Shown here piece after piece: positions 26,771 to 34,156 of a stretch of DNA of 64,000 nt. The stretch comes from Chryseobacterium gleum (GTDB taxonomy: Bacteria; Bacteroidota; Bacteroidia; Flavobacteriales_D; Crocinitomicaceae). Position numbers and translations under genes: made by a program. The notes under the pieces are model-generated. The model saw only the letters and a program-made list of their open reading frames with translations. It made no database searches and had not been told where the DNA came from. Numbering within the stretch: the first letter of the stretch is position 1; every line of letters starts with the position of its first letter. The DNA lies in the NCBI GenBank assembly GCA_945882095.1, contig CAMCWF010000011.1:496-64495 (forward strand). Direction: 5' to 3'.

Positions 26771-27604
26771 TTAAAATTGACTGTATGAATGAAATTTACC
26801 TTCTTTAAATATCTTAACTTTTCTCAATAATCCATCCTCACCATAACTAAATACCTTACCATCCCATAAACTGCCGTTTCGAAAATTCCCGTCAAGCCAA
26901 ATTTCATCATTTTCGTTATACACTTTATTGTATCCTTCAGGAAAAAAAGTAACCCCTTTGGTAATCGGATTATCAACCTTCGGAGGCAGGTCAGAATGTT
27001 CTGGTTCGGAATAATTATCTGTTTTTTTATTTACAGGTTTTTGAAGGGTCTCGGTTATTTTTCCATTGCTGATGTTGTAGGAAGATTTTAGGGTTCCATT
27101 TTCATAGTATTGCGAAACTACGCCATCCACTTCTCCATTTTTCAGTTGAAATTGAGCTTGCAGGTTGCCATTTGGGTAAAAATGTTTGATCACACCTGTC
27201 TCGTTCCCCTTGTCATCGAATTTAGCAGTGAAAGCAATCTTTCCATTCTTGTGATACCTTATGAGCTCATTGCCATAGGTTTCATTTCCAAAAGTGCCCT
27301 TTTCCTTAAGTTTTCCATTTGAAAAATAACGGCTGTATTGTCCCATGGGACGATTGTCAACGTATTCTCCCTTTAACTTTACGGTGTGCCCATCTTTATG
27401 GTATTTGATCCAAACCCCAGACTTTCTGCCATGCACATAATTTCCTTCTTCAATGATTTTATCTGAGGCGTAACCTAAGCTTGGCTTATCTTTTCCTTTA
27501 ACGACCCAATGACCCTGTTTTTTTCCTTTATCGTCTCTCGCATTTTGAGCAAAAACCGTAATCAAGGGTGCACAAACAAAGAAAAAAATCAAGAGGTTTC
27601 TCAT
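26771..27604 (-). CDS. Secreted MORN-repeat-variant (YwqK-like) repeat protein
   Basis: Signal peptide MRNLLIFFFVCAPLITVFAQ. Repeated G.W..Y..NG.L...G.Y..G units are present (GVWIKYHKDGH, YSRYFSNGKLKEKG, IRYHKNGKIAF, KHFYPNGNLQ, SQYYENGTLK). Confidence 0.7.
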   Translation of the reverse strand: MRNLLIFFFVCAPLITVFAQNARDDKGKKQGHWVVKGKDKPSLGYASDKIIEEGNYVHGRKSGVWIKYHKDGHTVKLKGEYVDNRPMGQYSRYFSNGKLKEKGTFGNETYGNELIRYHKNGKIAFTAKFDDKGNETGVIKHFYPNGNLQAQFQLKNGEVDGVVSQYYENGTLKSSYNISNGKITETLQKPVNKKTDNYSEPEHSDLPPKVDNPITKGVTFFPEGYNKVYNENDEIWLDGNFRNGSLWDGKVFSYGEDGLLRKVKIFKEGKFHSYSQF

Positions 27605-27689
27605 TTTTTTGATGGATTAATCCGCGTTAAAAATAATTGAAATTGTGGATAAGAAAAATTCAATCCGGATTCGAATTCGGTTTTGTTTT

Positions 27690-27697
27690 TAAATTTG
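27690..27697 (+). promoter_or_regulatory. Bacteroidota -7 box TAAATTTG upstream of the flavin reductase-like gene
   Basis: Exact TAnnTTTG match ending 7 nt before the ATG at 27705. This implies a leaderless or near-leaderless mRNA. Confidence 0.4.
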
Positions 27698-27704
27698 CAG
27701 AAGT

Positions 27705-28598
27705 ATGTTAGAAATCGACCCAAAGGAAATACCTGTACCTAAGCTACATCATTATCTGCTAGGCGCCATTGGTCCTCGACCGATTGCATTGGCTTCTACC
27801 ATAGACGCAGAGGGGAATCCCAACTTGGCTCCTTTTAGTTTTTTCAATGTTTTCAGTGCAAATCCACCGATATTAATATTTTCACCAGCGAGGTCTGGAA
27901 GGACAAACATCACCAAGGACACGTATAACAATGTGAAAGGAATTCCCGAGGTTGTGATCAACGTGGTAACCTACCCGATTGTGGAGCAAGTTAGCCTGGC
28001 AAGTTCACCTTATGCGGCAGGAATAAACGAATTTGAAAAGTCTGGATTAACGGCGCTTCCATCTGACAAAGTGAGTCCATTTCGGGTAAAAGAATCACCT
28101 GTTCACTTTGAATGCAGGGTAAATGAGGTCATTGAACTCGGACATGAAGGGGGCGCAGGTAATTTGGTAATTTGCGAGGTATTAAAAATGCACATATCAC
28201 ACGACATCTTAGATGAATCGGGCATGATTGACGCGACAAAAATAGATTTGGTAGCTAGGATGGGGGGAGATTGGTATTGTCGCGCAGATGCTGAAAGCAT
28301 GTTTGAAATTTCCAAGCCCTTAACAACCATAGGAATTGGTTTTGATGCCTTGCCTAAGGATGTTTTGGCGAGCGAGGTATTTGATAAAAACGAATTAGCG
28401 CAATTGGCTGGGATTGAATGTTTACCTGATGAAACAGAGGTGAATGAATATAAACTTTTATCACTAAGTGATTTATTTATTTCGTTGTCAGAGGACCCAA
28501 AATCTTTGGAAAAACAGCTTCACGAGCGTGCAAAAGAATTTTTAGCAAACAATAATTTAAAAGAAGCATGGTTAGTGCTTCTCAGTTTTAACAATTAA
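27705..28598 (+). CDS. Flavin reductase-like (FMN-binding split-barrel) family protein with a ~100-aa C-terminal extension
   Basis: The N-terminal 200 aa resemble flavin reductase domain proteins (RPIALASTIDAEGNPNLAPFSFFNVFSANPP). A TAAATTTG -7 box lies 7 nt upstream of the ATG. Confidence 0.7.
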   Translation: MLEIDPKEIPVPKLHHYLLGAIGPRPIALASTIDAEGNPNLAPFSFFNVFSANPPILIFSPARSGRTNITKDTYNNVKGIPEVVINVVTYPIVEQVSLASSPYAAGINEFEKSGLTALPSDKVSPFRVKESPVHFECRVNEVIELGHEGGAGNLVICEVLKMHISHDILDESGMIDATKIDLVARMGGDWYCRADAESMFEISKPLTTIGIGFDALPKDVLASEVFDKNELAQLAGIECLPDETEVNEYKLLSLSDLFISLSEDPKSLEKQLHERAKEFLANNNLKEAWLVLLSFNN

Positions 28599-28607
28599 AT
28601 TTTTATT

Positions 28608-28997
28608 ATGAGTCATCAATTAAAAGGAGTTAGCATTAAACTCATTCACCCAACCCAAAAAATCACTGAAACATTTTCAAAGCGTGAATTTGTGGTTACA
28701 GAGGCAGGAAATTATCCACAACATATTATTTTTCAAGTGACGCAGGACAAATGTTCCCTTCTTGATTCTTTTCAGGTAAATGAGACGGTGGATGTGAATT
28801 TTAACCTACGTGGGAGAGAATGGACAAGTCCACAAGGAGAGGTTAAGTATTTCAACTCTTTAGAGGCCTGGAGAATTGAAAAATCTCAATCTGATTCCAA
28901 TGCGCCTTCTCCAAGTGATTTCGGCATCCCATCTGCAGGAAGTACTTCTGAAGGAAGCAACGACGATTCGAAAGAAGCGGACGATTTACCTTTCTAA
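28608..28997 (+). CDS. DUF3127-type small OB-like protein with a disordered linker and an SSB-like acidic C-terminal tip (ADDLPF)
   Basis: The core FSKREFVVTEAGNYPQHIIFQVTQDKC...VDVNFNLRGREWTSPQGEVKYFNSLEAWRIEK matches my recollection of DUF3127. The tail is KSQSDSNAPSPSDFGIPSAGSTSEGSNDDSKEADDLPF. Confidence 0.7.
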   Translation: MSHQLKGVSIKLIHPTQKITETFSKREFVVTEAGNYPQHIIFQVTQDKCSLLDSFQVNETVDVNFNLRGREWTSPQGEVKYFNSLEAWRIEKSQSDSNAPSPSDFGIPSAGSTSEGSNDDSKEADDLPF

Positions 28998-30277
28998 GGT
29001 TTAGTAACAGAATACTTTTGTTGGTATTTCAAGTACAATTGTTCTTGAAAGTTATGTGAATTCTGCAATACTCCATGTAGTAAAATGGTTGTTACGTTAT
29101 TGGTTTTCATTTCCAAGGCGGGACCTTTTGAAATAAAGAGTGTTGCAGATTTTCCTATTTCCAGTGATCCATACATTGCGTCAATCCCCATGATTTCACA
29201 AGGAGACAATGTGATGGCTTTTAGCGCTTCTTCCTCACTCAATCCATAGGCCATTGCAGTACCAGCCACAAAAGGAAGGTTTCGGGCATTCATAGCTTCC
29301 ATGCCTCCATCATTTTGCAAGCAAAAAGGCACGCCCATTTTTGACAGCATGGCAGGCAATCTATAGGGTAAATCAACGGGGTCTTCTTCTCTTTCCGGCA
29401 AGCGGTGTAAACGCTGTAACATGATGGGAATATGTGAATCAACCAAACGCTGACCCACCAAATAAGCATCATTTCCTCCAATGATTACGGGGAATGGAAG
29501 TTTAAACGTTTGCGCAAAATCAATAACATCTATTATTTGTTGAATGTCATCGGCGTAAAAATACACTCGTTTTGTGCCTTTAAAACAATTTTTCATCGCT
29601 TCGAGTCGCTGATCGAACGTGGGGTTATCTGAATTTGCATAGGCCGAGGCTACCGCAAAGAAAGCGTTGATTTTTTGCCACTCTGAATGGTAGGAATCAT
29701 TGATCCCTTTTGCCGAAGGCTCTGCCCACCAGCCGCCTCCAGTGGTTGTTTGCGGTAAATGCACATGTATCCCGTCATTGGCAAGAATCGTAGCATCCTC
29801 CCAATTCCACCCACCGCTGAACATTATGGATGAGGAACCAGAAATTATACCTCCTCTTGGGGTGGATTGTACGATGAGTACGCCATTGGTTTTGGCCGTT
29901 TCCAATACTTTGGACTCCACGTTAAACGCAATTTGGGTTCTGAGATGAGGGTTAAAGGTTCCGACATCATTGTAATCATTGGAAGCCCTAACTGCTTCAA
30001 TTTCGGTAAGGCCAAGGGTGCTGTTAGCAGCAACAAATGCTGGATAAATATGCTGGCCAGTGGCATCGATTACGGTATCCCAATCCTTTGGATTGTAGGA
30101 ATTGGCCAAAGCGTTCTTAATGCCAATGATTTTCCCCTTTTCTATTTCGATGAGTGCATTTGAAATTTCTTGTCCGACAACGGGATGCAGAAATCCATTA
30201 ACGATTAAGATTCTCTGGGCATTCAACATAAAGCAGGATGCACAAATGGCGGTAAAGAGCAGTGTTAACCTTTGCAT
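28994..30277 (-). CDS. Amidohydrolase-family protein, secreted, without the N-terminal HxH metal motif
   Basis: Signal peptide MQRLTLLFTAICASCFMLNAQ. The amidohydrolase-like N-terminus is ILIVNGFLHPV...IDATGQHIYPAFVAANSTLG, where HxH is normally found. The ATG at 30277 shares one nucleotide with the upstream stop (TGATG). Confidence 0.75.
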   Translation of the reverse strand: MQRLTLLFTAICASCFMLNAQRILIVNGFLHPVVGQEISNALIEIEKGKIIGIKNALANSYNPKDWDTVIDATGQHIYPAFVAANSTLGLTEIEAVRASNDYNDVGTFNPHLRTQIAFNVESKVLETAKTNGVLIVQSTPRGGIISGSSSIMFSGGWNWEDATILANDGIHVHLPQTTTGGGWWAEPSAKGINDSYHSEWQKINAFFAVASAYANSDNPTFDQRLEAMKNCFKGTKRVYFYADDIQQIIDVIDFAQTFKLPFPVIIGGNDAYLVGQRLVDSHIPIMLQRLHRLPEREEDPVDLPYRLPAMLSKMGVPFCLQNDGGMEAMNARNLPFVAGTAMAYGLSEEEALKAITLSPCEIMGIDAMYGSLEIGKSATLFISKGPALEMKTNNVTTILLHGVLQNSHNFQEQLYLKYQQKYSVTKP

Positions 30278-33200
30278 CAATGTAAATTTTCTAATTCAGA
30301 GCCTTCTTCGCCCATCGTATCACAATGGAAATGTTTGGGTTTTCTTTTGAAAAAAGGTTGTTTGGGTTCCATTTGAATGTCTTTCGCGAGCATTTTCGAA
30401 ATGATTCTCATTTTTTCAGTTTCATTTTGTTTTTGAAGCAATGCGTCATTTTCGATGCTGTAATAAATTTGTCCATCGATGACATTCATAAGCACTTTTG
30501 CTTCAATGGAAAGCGGATTGCATGACCAGAGAACTAAGTCTGCATCTTTTCCTTCTTTGACACTTCCCATGCGATTGTCCAAGTGTAGCAGTTTGGCAGG
30601 ATTCAAGGTAACCATTTTCCACGCTTCAATCTCATCAACCCCCCCATACTTTATGGTTTTGGCTGCCTCCTGATTTAGCCGTCTTCCCATTTCCGCATCA
30701 TCGGAATTTATGGCCACAACAACACCCATTTCATTCATCAAAGCGGCGTTATAGGGAATGGCTTCGTTTACCTCAAATTTGTAGGCCCACCAATCTGCGA
30801 AAGTAGAACCTCCTGCGCCATGCGCAGCCATTTTATCTGCAACTTTATAGCCTTCAAGGATATGGGTAAACGTGTTGACTTTAAAGCCCATGGAATCCGC
30901 CACTTTCATTAGCATGTTAATTTCGCTTTGCACATAGGAATGACAGGTAATGTTTCTTTTGCCTTCCAAAATTTCATTGAGGGTTTCCAGTTCAAGGTCT
31001 TTTCTCGGCATGTTTTTAGGCGCGCACTCAACACAGTTTCGGTAATTATCCCATTCTAGTTTATACTTTTTTGCACGATAAAACGCATCGTACAGCACTT
31101 GTTCTACACCCATTCTGGTTTGGGGAAAACGCACTACGCTGTGGTCACCCCAATTGGATTGTTTCACATTTTCGCCCAGTGCAAATTTTATAAATCCGGG
31201 TGCATTGTCAATTTTCATTTCTTCGGGAGATCTTCCCCAACGAAGTTTTATCAATGCGGATTGACCTCCAATGACATTGGCAGATCCATGAAGAAGTTGG
31301 GCTGCAGTGACTCCCCCCGCCAATTGCCTGTAGATGGAAATGTCGTCCGGACTCACAACATCTGAAATGCTTACCTCGGCAGAAACTACTTGCCCACCTT
31401 CATTTACGCCTCTTGCGATTGCGATGTGCGAATGTTCATCAATGATGCCTGAAGTTAGGTGTAAGCCTTTTCCATTCACGAATTTCGCGCCGGCCGGAAA
31501 GCCAATTCTGTTTTTGCCAACGTAGGTAATTTTCCCGTTTTCAGTACAAACATATCCACTCTCAATGATGCCATAGGTTTCATTGGTCCAAATGGTAACG
31601 TTTTCAAAAACAAGGGGTGTGTTCGGGAGCGAATTTTGATGACCAAAGGCCATGTTCGGCAGCCAAATGTTTGGAATTTCGTGGGAGACTTTCTTAGCAA
31701 CCTGGGTGGTGTCTTTTGCTTTAAACCTTCGAATGGCTGCCCATTGTCCCCAAGTACCATCTGGATAGCGCACATCTCCTTCCCAAACCCCTCCATTTCC
31801 GTTGATTTTCCCATGTAGCAAATAGGACATCCCAGGATTGTCGGGAAGCGTGAATTGCATGGAAACATCTTTATCGAGCAGTGAAAAGTTGACATTGCAA
31901 ATAGAAGAATCTTGCTTAAATATCTTTAATTTTTTATCCCAAAACTCCTTATACATTGTCAACTTGGCAACCGGTTTGATTGGGTCTCCTGAAAGTTGAA
32001 GCATCAGTTTAAGGTCGTTAAGGGTAAGGTTAAAATTGCCAAGAACATTCTGTGCGGGAGGGATTTTCAGTGTGATGGGTTGGCCCAATTGCCAAGATTC
32101 AATCGTTTCTGCTTCGAACAAAAACGGATCTTTTGAAAAGATTGTAAAACTTGCAAATTTCCCTGTGTCGAGAGACCCCATGTTGGACGATTGATTTAGG
32201 AAAGTTGCTGGCGTTAAGGTTAAACCGGCTAAAACATCCATGGGATTGGTTCCCAATTGAATCATTTTTCGAATGTTTTTCCAAAAATCTGAGGCGGGCG
32301 TACCAAAGGATGTAATGGCAACAGGAATTTGGTTTTCAATTAAGATGCGGAAATTGTAGGGTGCCAATTCCCAATGTTTTAAATCGCTCAGGGGTATGTT
32401 TCGTGCGACATAAGGATCTGCAATGTTAAACGGCTTAGGGAAATTAATTGGCACAACCAAGCGGGGGTTTAAAGTCCGGATCTTTTCCGCAACTTCGTAT
32501 TCATTTCCCGAGGTAATGTAAATAAAGGGCGTAGCAAACTCTTTGGCAATGTTGTTCGCTCTGTAAACATCCCATTTGTCATCTATTTTAAAAAAATGAA
32601 CACTCTTTTCTTGCTGCGACCAAGCTTGCATGCAAACTTTTCCCATGGAAGCTTCTAGGTGATTTTGAAAATATTTCAAATCGTAAAAGCCTTGTCTTAG
32701 TAAGGCGATGGAACCCATCAGTGAGGAAGGGTAAGATTGTTTAGAAACCCCTTTGGAAAAGGAATAGTAAGATGCAATGTCTGTTGCTAAGGTAGACTCA
32801 AAAATCTCTTTTTCGGACAAAGACACCAAGGGTGCGGTGCCTCGAACAATTCCATCCATTTGATGTGGAACCATAAAACCAAACCCTAATTGTTGCCACT
32901 CTGTTTTTTGTTTCGCTTCGATGTTTAATACATCAATGGCCCTTGTTTCAGGGTGAATCGCTTCGTTCCAATATCCATCTCCATTTTTCGAGGTTTCAAT
33001 TTGCGGATAGTTACTGTGGTAGTTTGAGCTTGCTTTTTGCACACCTAAATCTGTATACAATTCTATGAATGCCGGCAAAACGGTCATCCCTTGACGGTTT
33101 ACTTCGACATAATCTTTTGGTACAGCAATCCATTTTCCGATTTCCTTGATTTTTTGGTCTTCGATTAAGAGGGTAGCATTTTCAATTTTTTCTCCAGGAT

Positions 33201-33345
33201 TGACATAGACATCCACATGGGTAAGGGCGTATTTATTCCCGTTGGTTTCTTGAATCCCATTTAAAGGACGTTGTTGACCCAATAAAAAGAAGTGAAATAC
33301 CGCAGCAACAAAAAGGAGGGAAAAGGGGAGCAATCTCATTTGCAT
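30277..33345 (-). CDS. Large two-module amidohydrolase-family protein, secreted (1022 aa)
   Basis: Signal peptide. The first module (MTVLPAFIELYTDLGV) lacks HxH. The second module has LTSGIIDEHSHIAIARG (HxH) and later INSDDAE and GSVKEGKDADLVLW, typical of the imidazolonepropionase-related amidohydrolase superfamily. Confidence 0.8.
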   Translation of the reverse strand: MQMRLLPFSLLFVAAVFHFFLLGQQRPLNGIQETNGNKYALTHVDVYVNPGEKIENATLLIEDQKIKEIGKWIAVPKDYVEVNRQGMTVLPAFIELYTDLGVQKASSNYHSNYPQIETSKNGDGYWNEAIHPETRAIDVLNIEAKQKTEWQQLGFGFMVPHQMDGIVRGTAPLVSLSEKEIFESTLATDIASYYSFSKGVSKQSYPSSLMGSIALLRQGFYDLKYFQNHLEASMGKVCMQAWSQQEKSVHFFKIDDKWDVYRANNIAKEFATPFIYITSGNEYEVAEKIRTLNPRLVVPINFPKPFNIADPYVARNIPLSDLKHWELAPYNFRILIENQIPVAITSFGTPASDFWKNIRKMIQLGTNPMDVLAGLTLTPATFLNQSSNMGSLDTGKFASFTIFSKDPFLFEAETIESWQLGQPITLKIPPAQNVLGNFNLTLNDLKLMLQLSGDPIKPVAKLTMYKEFWDKKLKIFKQDSSICNVNFSLLDKDVSMQFTLPDNPGMSYLLHGKINGNGGVWEGDVRYPDGTWGQWAAIRRFKAKDTTQVAKKVSHEIPNIWLPNMAFGHQNSLPNTPLVFENVTIWTNETYGIIESGYVCTENGKITYVGKNRIGFPAGAKFVNGKGLHLTSGIIDEHSHIAIARGVNEGGQVVSAEVSISDVVSPDDISIYRQLAGGVTAAQLLHGSANVIGGQSALIKLRWGRSPEEMKIDNAPGFIKFALGENVKQSNWGDHSVVRFPQTRMGVEQVLYDAFYRAKKYKLEWDNYRNCVECAPKNMPRKDLELETLNEILEGKRNITCHSYVQSEINMLMKVADSMGFKVNTFTHILEGYKVADKMAAHGAGGSTFADWWAYKFEVNEAIPYNAALMNEMGVVVAINSDDAEMGRRLNQEAAKTIKYGGVDEIEAWKMVTLNPAKLLHLDNRMGSVKEGKDADLVLWSCNPLSIEAKVLMNVIDGQIYYSIENDALLQKQNETEKMRIISKMLAKDIQMEPKQPFFKRKPKHFHCDTMGEEGSELENLH

Positions 33346-33367
33346 TCGCTAAAATTACGGAAAGAAA

Positions 33368-34042
33368 TTAAACTAAGACATATTTCATCGCTTCGCGGTA
33401 AGCCAAACCTTTAAGCTCTTCTTCCAAAACTGTCTGCTTCACCCAATGAGGATTCCATTTAGAAACTTCGCGAAGCGACCAACCAATGGCCTTCTGAATG
33501 AAAAATTCTTTATTGCTTTTAAATTTACCAATGTAGTATTTTAAGCGCTCTAAATCTGTGGTTTCTTTGAATTTAAGCTGGTAAATAAGGCAGGTTCGAT
33601 GAATCCAAAAAGAATCATGGTTTTCCCACTGTTTCAATACTTCATCCATCTCTTTTGGAAATTTTTTAGCAAACTTACCCACCATGTGGCTGGCCAATGA
33701 GTCAACGGAATCCCACCAAGATTTTTCAGTGATCAACGTCTCTAGGAGCTGTATGTCATTGATTTCAATTTCTTTGACAGGCCAATGAATCATCCAATCA
33801 ATTGCCAGTAATTGATATTCACGTGGATCCGCATCCCACATTTGCATGACCAAATCTCTTTTGGTGGCGGGTGAGATTTCCTGCGTAAATTCTTCTTTCC
33901 AATTTTTTAATATGGCTTTTCGCGGTGTGCTCATCACGCCATAAAATGGAAACTTGTTTTTTAAATATGCTTCCATCTGGGTCGCGCGTATGCCGTCAGA
34001 ATGTTTCATTAGCTGGGCCTTCAACCCCTCCATTGCCGTCAT
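33368..34042 (-). CDS. DNA alkylation repair protein (AlkC/AlkD-like HEAT-repeat family)
   Basis: 224 aa. FPFYGVMSTPRKA, EKSWWDSVDSLA and IQKAIGWSLREVSK resemble the DNA alkylation repair enzyme family. Confidence 0.75.
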   Translation of the reverse strand: MTAMEGLKAQLMKHSDGIRATQMEAYLKNKFPFYGVMSTPRKAILKNWKEEFTQEISPATKRDLVMQMWDADPREYQLLAIDWMIHWPVKEIEINDIQLLETLITEKSWWDSVDSLASHMVGKFAKKFPKEMDEVLKQWENHDSFWIHRTCLIYQLKFKETTDLERLKYYIGKFKSNKEFFIQKAIGWSLREVSKWNPHWVKQTVLEEELKGLAYREAMKYVLV

Positions 34043-34129
34043 AAATGATGTAAAAATTAAGTTAGCGTGAAGTTATGGTTGCATCGTGTCATCTCAAATA
34101 AAATCCAAAGGACTTCACATTCAAAATTA

Positions 34130-34137
34130 TAACTTTG
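34130..34137 (+). promoter_or_regulatory. Bacteroidota -7 box TAACTTTG upstream of the adhesin gene
   Basis: Exact TAnnTTTG match, 20 nt upstream of the ATG at 34157. Confidence 0.4.
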
Positions 34138-34156
34138 TAGTGTAAAACATCTCCAC

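Noticed and set aside
26771-27604. MORN-variant (YwqK-like) proteins as toxin-antitoxin antitoxins
   Set aside because: Both copies in the window have signal peptides and no adjacent toxin-like gene. The TA label is a family-name artefact here.
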